A DNA stretch of 56,184 nucleotides, counting the filler, from Dugesia japonica (Eukaryota), in NCBI GenBank assembly GCA_001938525.1. It is 4 parts of 4 records of this genome, joined end to end, with 100 filler letters (N's around TTAATTAATTAA, not from the genome) between each part and the next. Parts side by side here need not be neighbours in the genome. Positions count along the whole stretch, not along the records: positions 1 to 15,666 come from MQRL01626071.1; positions 15,767 to 24,875 come from MQRL01587647.1; 2 more parts are not named here. One strand, 5' to 3'. The notes below the pieces were generated by a model that was not told the DNA's origin, did not search any database, and saw nothing but the letters and a program-made list of their open reading frames with translations. The position numbers and the translations under genes are program-made. Of this stretch, positions 14,600-24,875 are shown in pieces. How positions within the stretch are numbered: the first letter of the stretch is position 1; the number at the start of each line of letters is the position of its first letter.

Positions 14600-15200
14600 T
14601 AATTAAATTAATTAGTATAAATTTATTATTTAAAAAAATACACTTGAAGGTTTTTCAATTTTAAATTAATTTAATATTGACAAAACTCATCGGCCATTAA
14701 TAATCAGTGTAAAATTCATTAAAATTATTCAAGAAATGATGATTTACTAAAAGGAGTTTCTTTTTAAACTCTTAACAACCCCCTTTTTTAAAATCTTTAA
14801 TCTTCTCTAAATTTCTTATCACTGTATTTCCGTCATAAACGCTTAGTATGTAACTTCTTTCATGTATTTTCTTGATCACAGTATATTGTCCTACATATAT
14901 ATTTTGGTCTTTATACGGATTTCTTATTTAATCAACATGTCGTCTTCTATATTCAAATTACGTACTGTCATTGTGTTATATTACTTTCTTTGTGCTCCCT
15001 TTTTTATCATTATTACTTCTCTATCTACTTTGTTGTTACTAAACAATTGTTACTATACAAATCCAATATTATTCCATCAAAAAATCCTTGAAATTACATG
15101 TTAGATTCCTAGTGGGTTGTAGACCTTATAACAAGATTATCTGACTCCATTATAAATCAGAATAGAATAAATATTGAATATATCAACTAAAATAAGACCC
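14600..15200 (-). mobile_element. Gypsy 3' remnant (integrase C-terminus, PPT, LTR start)
   Basis: Minus strand reads 'YVGQYTVIKKIHERSYILSVYDGNTVIRNLEKIKDFKKGGC', then PPT AAAAAAGGGGG and TGTTAAG; similar to the integrase tails at about 12.7 kb and 48.0 kb. Confidence 0.75.
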
Positions 15201-15766
15201 ATTTAATAAAACTTTCATTAAATATGAAGAAAAGCTACAAAATTGTTTAATCGAAATTCAAATAAAATTGCTCGGGTCAAACACCCATATAGAAAAATAA
15301 ATTAAGAAAAGGACCCTACAAATAAATAGGTTATCCGTTTAATCAGTGAACTGTTAATAAAACAATTTTGGATTAATTGAAATAACTAAATTCAATAAAT
15401 CATAATAAAATAAATCAAGAAGAATTAAAACCGAAGCAAAATATCGAAAATGGAACCAGATATAATATAAGGAGGGGTAATTATTGAAGAATTTTATTAA
15501 GAAATAGAAAATTTATAGAAACTATTTGACTTTGAAAAAAAATTATTTTTAAAAAAATTTGTTTATATCAACTAAGAATTTTTTGACCAAATTTTTACAC
15601 AAACATTTTTTGACTTTTCGATTATTTTCTTGATTTTTAATATATTTCTAATTTTTTTAACTAACCNNNNNNNNNNNNNNNNNNNNNNNNNNNNNNNNNN
15701 NNNNNNNNNNTTAATTAATTAANNNNNNNNNNNNNNNNNNNNNNNNNNNNNNNNNNNNNNNNNNNN

Positions 15767-16331
15767 AACGCTTAATCCAAGATCAGAAGTAAGTCTATTA
15801 GAAAGATTAAATAAAAATAAATCTATATATGCAAATTATTCAAATAGAATTTGTTCTGTTAATGATATGGGTGAAGGATAAATTTATTCCATTAAATTAG
15901 CAAATCTAGCTTATAGACCAAGATATATTTTAATTGGTTTTAAAAAAACAGATATTTCTATGCAAAAGAATTATAATTTATTTATAGTTACAGATTGAAC
16001 AAATAGTTTAAAATCGATACAAATACAGTTAAATAATACATATTATCCAGTCAACAGAATGGAGTTTAATGAAACAAATAACGAAATATTATTTCCTTTT
16101 AGTTCATATGTAAATTGCTGTAAAGAATATAAAGTCAAACCACAACTTAGTTTGCAAGATTTCAATAAATTATATCCCATATTTTGTATTGATACGTCAG
16201 TACAAGACGATAAATTGGCGATTAATAATGTTAATGTTAATTTACATTGTATAAAAGATACAGGTTTCAAAGCTAAATTATATTTTTTAATTCTTGAAGT
16301 AAAGCAAATTGAAATGAGATTAAGTGGATGA
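15767..16331 (+). pseudogene. Polinton A major capsid protein (double jelly-roll), C-terminal part
   Basis: 'RPRYILIGFKK...IQIQLNNTYYP...LSLQDFNKLYPIFCIDTSVQ', typical of Polinton/adintovirus MCP C-termini; two in-frame stops. Confidence 0.8.
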
Positions 16332-16380
16332 AAAATAGGTATAGTAGCAAATGTAAGAGAAGATGTCTAATTTTTATAAA

Positions 16381-16521
16381 ATGAATGAACAAAATTGGTA
16401 TTGTAATGTATGTAATTCTTCTACTTTACTTAAACATAAAGCTAGACATGAAAGAACGGATAAACATATAAGAAATCTTAATTCCCCCGTCGGAAGAAAT
16501 ATTATAAAAGATCATCTATGA
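16381..16521 (+). CDS. Small C2H2-type zinc-finger ORF of Polinton A (possibly the frameshifted N-terminus of the next ORF)
   Basis: MNEQNWYCNVCNSSTLLKHKARHERTDKH: CxxC...HxxxxxH spacing. Confidence 0.5.
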   Translation: MNEQNWYCNVCNSSTLLKHKARHERTDKHIRNLNSPVGRNIIKDHL

Positions 16522-17916
16522 TGACTAATCTTAAACCGATAGATGCTTCATTTACGATGACTAATCGTAATACTATTAATAAATGTCCTTGGGAGAAAAC
16601 TGGTGGAGATATTCAATCTTCTATCGTTACTTCATTATTATTAAAACCATTTACGTTTGAAAAATATCCTGGTGAAAGACATTTATTTAGATATAATTAT
16701 ACTGAACAAAATACAAAATTTGATATTAGATCAGATGAAAATAATAATCCTTTACCAGGAGAAGAACCAATGAATAAAGTTAATTCTGCAACATTAAAAC
16801 ACGATATTGCTTATAAATCAAAAGATTTAAGAGATAGACATATTGCTGATGTAAGTTTAATTCATGATTTAAATAATATTGAAAATCCTTCATTTAAAGA
16901 AAAGATTCAAAGAGCTTTAGTTAAATTAGCTAAGAAAGGTAAAATTTTAGTTGGTGGAGGATTAAATAGAATGACGGTTTTACAACACCTAAGACCTAGG
17001 TCTGCAAAAGATATAGCTAATCATAAGATTATTGAACACGCAATGCAAGATCACAAAGAAAAAGAAAATGAAGATAATACTAAAATTATTGAATCTCAAG
17101 AAGATCAATTAAATTATGCAGTGGAATTACATCATGAATATAAAAAAATAAAAAGATTTTTAAAAGTACAAATACATAATAAAGATCACACATGGGAGAT
17201 GCGATATTGCAGATATGGTTTAAAAATCTACTTATCAAGATAAATATAGATATATTTTTGTATGTATTGATTTATATACAAAATATGCTTTTTGCGTTCC
17301 AATGATAAATATAACTCAAGAATCTTTAAGAGAAGCTTATGAAAATATATTTGAAGAAAATAATAGAATACCAGATTATATTTGGTTTGATAAANNNNNN
17401 GCAATAAAATCAAAATACTTTGATAAATTTCTAAATGAAAATAATATTAAATTATATCACACAGAAAATGAAGGTAAAGCTGTTTTTGCTGAAAGATTAA
17501 TAAAAACTTTGAAAAATAAAATGTTTAAATATTTCATCAATTGGGAAACAGGAATGGAAAAAAGCATTATTAGATAAAATAGTTAATGAATATAATAATT
17601 CAATTCATAGTAGTATTAAGTTATCACCAAAAGAAGCATCAGAAAATCCCGAAAAAATTAAAGATATAATAAATAAACACAACAATGAAAACAATGATCT
17701 TAAATTTATTAAAAGGTTTCAAATAGGTGATAGAGTAAGAATATTCAAATATAAAAATAAATTTGAAAAAGGATTTGCAACAAAATTTACTAATAAAATA
17801 TTTAAAATAACTAAAATTTATCATACTAAACCAATTACATATGGAATAACTGATTTAAATAATGAAGATATTTTAGGAAGGTTTTATGAAAATAAATTAC
17901 TAAAAACTAGTTTTTA
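16518..17916 (+). pseudogene. Parvovirus-type phospholipase A2 (PLA2X) fused in frame to a Polinton retroviral-like integrase
   Basis: PLA2 motif 'PMNKVNSATLKHDIAY...RHIAD'. The same ORF runs into the integrase N-terminus 'AVELHHEYKK...DHTWE'. After a frameshift: 'CIDLYTKYAF', 'IWFD', 'KAVFAERLIKTLK', 'FQIGDRVRI...GRFYENKL'. Confidence 0.85.
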
Positions 17917-18754
17917 GGCGAATTATTAAAAACTACTTTTTAGATGAATTACTATAATAAATCAGCAATAATCTCTTCTTTTTCTCTGTCTAAATAAATA
18001 TAATTATATTTATCTTTCCAATGATTTCTAATAAAATTANNNNNNNNNNNNNNNNNNNNNNNNNNNNNNNNNNNNNNNNNNNNNNNNNNNNNNNNNNNNN
18101 NNNNNNNNNNNNNNNNNNNNNNNNNNNNNNNNNNNNNNNNNNNNNNNNNNNNNNNNNNNNNNNNNNNNNNNNNNNNNNNNNNNNNNNNNNNNNNNNNNNN
18201 NNNNNNNNNNNNNNNNNNNNNNNNNNNNNNNNNNNNNNNNNNNNNNNNNNNNNNNNNNNNNNNNTCAAATATAACTAAATTCTTTTTATTTTTAGGAAGA
18301 TTATCACAATAAATAATATCTTCAGATTTATTAGAAAACTTAACATCAATTTTATTTTCCTCATCTATATATTCATTTTTGTTATACGTTGCACGTTCAG
18401 ATATCGAAGATGTCGCTTTTATATCAAAATTAATAATATTTTCTTTATACCATTCAACAATACTATACGCAGTATTTACTTCATCTAGTATTCTATCTTG
18501 ATTATTAAATATATTTCTTAGTTAAATTATTCTCTCAACCTTCTTTTAATATTTGTAATTCAATTTGATTTATAGTTGTAGAATAAAATATTAAATTGTT
18601 ATAATCCATAAAATTATCAGCTAATAACATCTTCATTAATAATTTATTCTTTCCACAACCAGAAGAACCAATGATTAATAATCTTAAATTATTAGGCAAA
18701 ATTTATTATTAAATAATGTTTTACATTTTTCCAAATCGGCAAATTCGTACTCAT
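17915..18754 (-). pseudogene. Polinton A packaging ATPase (A32/FtsK-HerA family), decayed and partly in a gap
   Basis: Minus strand 'LPNNLRLLIIGSSGCGK' Walker A near the N-terminus, in Polinton context. Confidence 0.75.
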
Positions 18755-18773
18755 TTTTTAATTTTTAAAAATA

Positions 18774-19349
18774 ATGACTAATATAACTGAAACTGAATTA
18801 AAAGAATTAATAGATTCGTAAAAATCAAAATCCGTTTTAATAGATAATAAAAAGTATGGGATCGGCAAGAATGTAAAAGAAGAAATTAAAAACGAAGAAG
18901 CTAAAGAAGGGGGAATATTACCGCTATTAACATTAATTCCTTCAATAATCGCTGGATTATCTGGTGCTGCAGGTATTGCTGGCGGAGTAGCAACAGCTGT
19001 TTCTAAAGCGAGAGAAGTTTTAAAATTAGGTGTAGAAAGACAAAAGATTGAAGAAGAATTAAGACAATTAAAAGAAGCAGGAAATAAAACTATTCAATCA
19101 TTTAAAGGAAAAGGCATTAGTTACAATGGTAAAAAGATTGTTGAAAGTTATAAAGGTAACGAAATTTATTTAAATCCTTATCAGGGAAAAGGAATATATA
19201 ATTTTATAAAGAATTTAATTAATCAATCAAACTTGCCCGATTCAGTAAAATCAACAATAAATGAAACTGGTAAAAAATTAAAATTGGGCGGTATTGTTAA
19301 AATAAAAGAATCAAAACATGGTTTAGGAATATATATGAGACCTTACTAG
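18774..19349 (+). pseudogene. Polinton A Gly-rich core/membrane-active virion protein
   Basis: 'KEGGILPLLTLIPSIIAGLSGAAGIAGGVATAV...GKGI...IYLNPYQGKGI...GLGIYMRPY*', the GGxLP / GxGxYLxPY pattern of Polinton virion proteins; one early stop. Confidence 0.7.
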
Positions 19350-20309
19350 TAGATAGATAGTGGCACACGGGCACAATTTGGCAATGAGCCACAATTCGGG
19401 CACAATTACTTTTAAGCAGTTATCGAGCCTCTCTCCCCCCGGGGGGCTCGGAAACACATTACGCTTAAGCTGCGTTTTTTTAACTATGATTTTTGTGATC
19501 AAAGAATTTTTGATCGAATCAAATTTTTTTTTGATCTGATTAGTTTTTTTTTATCCTGAAGGTGTCTGTGTGTGTATTTTTTAATTTCAAAATTTTTTTG
19601 TGTTTGGGTAGTTAAGGTGCTTTTTAAAAAGTAGGTCAAGTTGTGTTTGTGTGTGTGTATGTAAAAGACTGAAAAAAACGAGGAGGAGTATCTGGAGATC
19701 TAAGAGATAATTTTTATTGGATTTTGAAGATTTATTTATTGTCGGACAAAAATTTGGTCTATATATTGTCTAAAGGACTTATAAGTTTGGATGGATGGTT
19801 TTCATCACAAGGATAGTGACACACGGGCACAAAATATGAGTTATCGTGGGTGGTTTTATTTTTGGTTGTAGTTTTTTTGTTGTTGATGGAATTTGTTGTT
19901 TGATGGCTTGTTGGAGAGGTAATGTGATGGTAAAGATGTTGGTTGTCGAATGTGCTTTGATTTGTTATTTTAAGGACTACTTTTTGATTGGTTTATCTTG
20001 TAAGTAGTGAAGATGTCTTAAAAAAAATTTCGTAGGTGGAGGTTGATATGTGTGGAAAGAGAATTAATTATCGGATTTTTTAAGATTTATTTGAAATTTT
20101 TCTATTAGGTCGTTATGACGTCATAAATTTTTGAAATAATTAATTTGGTAAAAAATGCAAAATATTGCTTAATTTCATGAATTTAATGAAAGTAATATCA
20201 TTTTTGAGTTTTTGATGTATTTTTGGTTATTTTTTCGGTATTTTGATCGGGGAAGTGTTATTTTGTAAGATTTTCGACTGGGGAAGAGGAGAGTCTTGAT
20301 ATTTTTGAA

Positions 20310-20468
20310 AAAAATTATTTTGGCGGGAAATTTAAAAAAATATTTTTTTGGCGGGAAATTTAAAAAAAATTATTTTGGCGGAAAATTAAAAAAAAAATTT
20401 TTTGGCGAGAAATTCAAAAAAAATTATTTTGGCTAGAAATTTAAAAAAAAAATTTTTTGGCGGGAAAT
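20310..20468. repeat. Six approximately 27-28 bp tandem repeats with core TTTTGGCGGGAAA (E2F/DP consensus)
   Basis: Cores GGCGGGAAA (x3), GGCGGAAAA, GGCGAGAAA and GGCTAGAAA, separated by A/T tracts. Confidence 0.85.
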
Positions 20469-20779
20469 TGTAAAAAATGAAATTTTTCATTGAAACGGGG
20501 GGAAATCTTTTATTACAATTAAATTTAATTTAATTAAATTAAATAAAATTTAACTAAATTATTTTTTATATAAGAGATATTTTGCAAGGGACGAAGAAGT
20601 CTCTATATTTTACATGGTATGAGGGAGTCTAAAATTCATAAGCGCATGATTTTCAGTGTATGTGTGTTACATCATAGTTGCATTTATTAATAAAAATTCA
20701 TAGTCGTGTGATTTTTAATGTTTTTTAACTTTTAATTATAAACAATATACTAAATTATGAATAAATTAAAGTAAACAAG

Positions 20780-21420
20780 ATGGAAACATTAAGAAATGAC
20801 GCAGTCTATCAAATTGTTGAACCTAGTGGTAGCGGGAAAACTTTGTTTGTATGTCAATTATTGAAATCAAAGTTATTCAAGTCTAATTTTAAAAAAATAT
20901 ACTGGCATAGGGGTGCAGATGACGAGCATGGTCTGACTAAATCTTAATTTTGTAATATTAAAATGAAAATCATAAATGGTTTTGATTCTAATTGGAGCAA
21001 AAGATTAAGACCAGGTGATATTATTGTTGTTGATGATCTGTATCAGGTAGCAAATAAAGAAAAAGATTTCAATAATTTATTCACAAAAATATCTAGACAT
21101 TGTAATGTAACTGTAATATTTATTACATAAAATCTGTTTCATCAAGGAGGTAGTCATAGAACCCGTAATTTAAATGTGCAATATTTGGTTTTATTCAAAA
21201 ATCCTAGAGATCAAACTGTTGTTGATTTTCTAGCAAGACAAGCATATACAAATAACAGACAATTTCTTATTGAATCATTTCAAGATGCAACAGACACCAC
21301 ATGGATATCTATTTCTTAACTTTACACAACAATGTCCAGATGATTTAGGGTGAGAACAGATATATTCAACGCTAATGGTATCACAGTATATAAACAAAAT
21401 AGGTAATTTTTATATAATTA
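20780..21420 (+). pseudogene. Polinton B packaging ATPase
   Basis: Walker A 'EPSGSGKT' (G to E), Walker B 'IIVVDDL', 'LFTKISRH', 'YLVLFKNPRD'; stops and frameshifts. Confidence 0.9.
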
Positions 21421-22239
21421 TATAAAAGGGCAAAGTTTAAGAAAATTATAGTTGATTCAATTACTGATGGTGATGTTGTAAAACAAAGAAAAAGGTTGGT
21501 TTTGAAGAAACAAAACAAATCAATCTTATAAGAAAAAGTCTCAAAAGAAACAATCTCATAAGAAAACGAATTCAAAATAAGAAAAAACAATTGAATAAGT
21601 TTTAAAAACTTTCAAAACGTGATGGAAAGAAACTGGAAATGTTGAATGGAAGATGGAAATCACTTAGGAAACCATATGCAAATAAGAATAATGAATTGAA
21701 TAAGTTTAACAAACTTGCAAAAAGTACTGGAAAGAAACTAGAATTAATGAATGGAAAATGGATATCATTATAAACAATTAACTGGTATGTCTTTGTTATT
21801 GAAATAAAATGAAATTAGAANNNNNNNNNNNNNNNNNNNNNNNNNNNNNNNNNNNNNNNNNNNNNNNNNNNNNNNNNNNNNNNNNNNNNNNNNNNNNNNN
21901 NNNNNNNNNNNNNNNNNNNNNNNNNNNNNNNNNNNNNNNNNNNNNNNNNNNNNNNNNNNNNNNNNNNNNNNNNNNNNNNNNNNNNNNNNNNNNNNNNNNN
22001 NNNNNNNNNNAAAAACCTTACTATCGCTTGTAAATACTAAAAATAGGAGATTGATGAGGAAAGTAATACGAAATAATCAAGGTGTTGGATTTATAGCAGC
22101 ATTACTATCAATTGCATTAGCTGCATTAGGATTAACTCATTTCAAATAAACAATTGAAGCTTTTGATCAATATATTAATAAACAATGGGCGGATTNCAAT
22201 CATTACCTAATTTTGACTTGAAATTTGATCGAATTGTTG

Positions 22240-23270
22240 TAATGGGGAAGCTAAAGACAATATGGACGGATCCAAAAACCCAGCAGGTTTTCGAGGCGTA
22301 GACAAATTGATGAAAACATCTCAAAAACGAAAAGAAAGACAAAAAAGTGGTTATCGGGACAACTAGCGTACAGCCTGAACAAATCGATGTTGAAAAGATT
22401 TCCAACAAGAGCATATAAAACATATGGTATTGAGGATTTATGGCAAATGGATCTAATGNNNNNNNNNNNNNNNNNNNNNNNNNNNNNNNNNNNNNNNNNN
22501 NNNNNNNNNNNNNNNNNNNNNNNNNNNNNNNNNNNNNNNNNNNNNNNNNNNNNNNNNNNNNNNNNNNNNNNNNNNNNNNNNNNNNNNNNNNNNATGGACA
22601 TCCAGATAATTTGCAAACGGATTTGGGTAAGGAATTTTACAATTCCAAGGTGAAACAACTTTTAAATCATCTATCCATAAACCATTACAGTGTATGCTCT
22701 CAGTATAAAGCTGCACGTGTAGAGAGATTTAATCGCACATTGAGAGATGCATTGAAAAAGTACTTTGTACATGTTGGTAATAAGTCTTGGATAAATNNNN
22801 NNNNNNNNNTTATTCATAGTTATAATCATTCTGGTCATAAGGGATTAAATAGAGCATGGCCGGTTGATGTAAGTAAAAACAATCAATTAAAGTTATGGTT
22901 ATCACGTAAATATTCAAAAGCAAATCAAAAACCAAAGTATAAAGTTAGTGATCATGTGAGAATTTCAAAGATATCAGCTTCACCATTTAACGAGAATTTC
23001 AATAGTAATTGGAGTGATGAAGTGTTTCAAATATCAAAAATAAACACTAAACAAAATCCGGTCANNNNNNNNNNNNNNNNNNNNNNNNNNNNNNNNNNNN
23101 NNNNNNNNNNNNNNNNNNNNNNNNNNNNNNNNNNNNNNNNNNNNNNNNNNNNNNNNNNNNNNNNNNNNNNNNNNNNNNNNNNNNNNNNNNNNNNNNNNNN
23201 NNNNNNNNNNNNNNNNNNNNNNNNNNNNNNNNNNNNNNNNNNNNNNNNNNNNNNNNNNNNNNNNNNTTAG
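22240..23270 (+). pseudogene. Polinton B integrase (rve)
   Basis: 'DPKNPAGFRGVDKL', 'GIEDLWQMDL', 'LQTDLGKEF', 'KAARVERFNRTL', 'NWSDEVFQI'; partly N. Confidence 0.92.
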
Positions 23271-24282
23271 ATGAAATCGAGTAATTTCTATACGCTTTTA
23301 CCTAGTAATAGTTGTCCACTTATTCATCCTGAGAATAATGATAGTAAATTCATTGTTGAGCTACAAAATCCAATTTATATGGATGGTAGTTGGGAAGTTG
23401 CAATGATGGATTTCACCTTTCTATATTCACCATTTCTGGTATATTGCAAGTCGAAAATAGAATATGACTGCAAAAAATATATTGAATGAAATAACTGTAA
23501 CAATAAATAACAAGGGAAAAACGATTAGTGTTGATCAAAATAAAAATTTTGAAATATTTGAAAATAATCTCATAAGATTTTATTGTGAATTTACATATGT
23601 TGTCATATTTGAAGATGCACATATCGCATACTCATTTGGATTAGGATTTAAATCTAACAAATTATCACAGAAATATGGTCATATCTATACAAACTTTACA
23701 AATGATGACACAGTAAAAAAACAAAAATTAAAAGAGCTTATACAATGGTGAATTATCATACTTTTAAGTTTAATAATGAAATATACATATCAGAATTGGA
23801 ACAATTAAATAAATATTTGACTGAAAATTGTACTCAAATATTTAAGAAATGCCTTGTAAATGCGGATAAATATTTTGAATTCGAGCTACAAGATGACGTC
23901 AAAAAAGTTGTATTTGATAATGTCTTGACAAGAACATTGGGATTAGACAAACAACATTATTCTCNNNNNNNNNNNNNNNNNNNNNNNNNNNNNNNNNNNN
24001 NNNNNTCGAAAATAATGAAATTACATCAGCAAATGTTCATCTATAGTAGTCTTGTTGAACCTATAATTGTAGGAGATGTTAGTATACCTTTATTGAAAGC
24101 AATATGGGTAGAAAAGCATGAAACTGATGAAATAGTGCAAATAATAGTCAAGAATCCAATGTATTTACCTATTGCAACATCATGTATAAATAATATAAAA
24201 ATTAATATACGCGATGATAACGGAAAATTAGTCAAGTTTCCAAAAGATTCAAAAAATACATTTAACTTTACATTTTAGAAAA
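23271..24282 (+). pseudogene. Polinton B minor capsid (penton-like) protein, frameshifted
   Basis: N-terminal 'FYTLLPSNS...PEN..SKFIVELQNPI.MDGSWEVAM' and C-terminal 'MFIYSSLVEPIIVGDVSIPLL...NPMYLP...IKINIRD'. Confidence 0.85.
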
Positions 24283-24286
24283 ACTA

Positions 24287-24730
24287 ATGTCTAATCCTGA
24301 TATTATATCATTGTATAGTACTAGTCAAGCAGGTGGAGAATTACCGTACTTTCTTGGAAAACAATATGGATCTGGTTGGTTACGGACAAAAGGTAGATTT
24401 GCTTTACCGATTCTTAAACGTATTGGTTCTTTTGGTATGAAAACAGCTCAGGATGTAATAGCCAATGATGGAAAAATACTACCCACATTGAAATCAAATG
24501 CATTAGCTGAGCTTGGGAATGTTATGTCATCATTACCTAGCGGAGTAATCAGTATGATTCCAAAAGTAGCAAACATATTACTGCAAAGTATAACTAATAA
24601 AATGCCATCTGAAATAACTAATATGCTATCAAATCAAGTCACGACACCACAAAATAGAAAACGTAAGAAATCTCATGGATCACGTATAAACAAACGAATA
24701 AGAGGACATAGAACAATATTTGAAAAATGA
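24287..24730 (+). CDS. Polinton B core-like protein (Gly motif and basic tail)
   Basis: 'QAGGELPYFLGKQYGSGW...RFALPILKRIG' with an Arg/Lys-rich C-terminus ending 'TIF'; lies between the minor and major capsid genes as in Mavericks. Confidence 0.8.
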   Translation: MSNPDIISLYSTSQAGGELPYFLGKQYGSGWLRTKGRFALPILKRIGSFGMKTAQDVIANDGKILPTLKSNALAELGNVMSSLPSGVISMIPKVANILLQSITNKMPSEITNMLSNQVTTPQNRKRKKSHGSRINKRIRGHRTIFEK

Positions 24731-24875
24731 TTTGCGGTAAAACTGAATCATCTATTTTTGATAGACCATCTCCTCAAGCTGTAATTAGAAATGGGACTTT
24801 CGAAGATGTCTTTCCTATGAATTCAATTTCTGAATCACAAAGCGACGTAGAGTTTTTTATAAATGGATCTCAAAC
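24727..24875 (+). CDS. Polinton B major capsid protein N-terminus (cut by gap)
   Basis: 'CGKTESSIFDRPSPQAVIRNGTFEDVFPMNSI...VEFFING' matches the Maverick MCP N-terminal pattern C.KSELDLF..PPTQ...EF.I.G. Confidence 0.85.

Larger units (their letters stand above)
15767..19347 (+). mobile_element. Polinton/Maverick (adintovirus-like) element A, partial and decayed
   Basis: Contiguous major capsid C-terminus, Zn-finger ORF, PLA2-integrase ORF, inverted packaging ATPase and a Gly-rich core/membrane protein. Left edge is a scaffold spacer. Confidence 0.9.
19348..24875 (+). mobile_element. Polinton/Maverick element B (terminus-ATPase-ORFs-integrase-minor capsid-core protein-major capsid), truncated by a scaffold spacer
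   Basis: AGTAGATAGATAGTGG terminus, about 1.4 kb non-coding subterminal region, then co-oriented Polinton core genes. Confidence 0.92.

Noticed and set aside
14770-15200. Polinton DNA polymerase C-terminus next to element A
   Set aside because: The translation matches the Gypsy integrase tail and PPT seen elsewhere in the window. No pPolB motifs were found anywhere.
15667-15766. N-TTAATTAATTAA-N block (also 24876-24975 and 41168-41267)
   Set aside because: Identical 100-nt spacers with stops in all six frames are artificial scaffold joins. Adjacency across them is unreliable.
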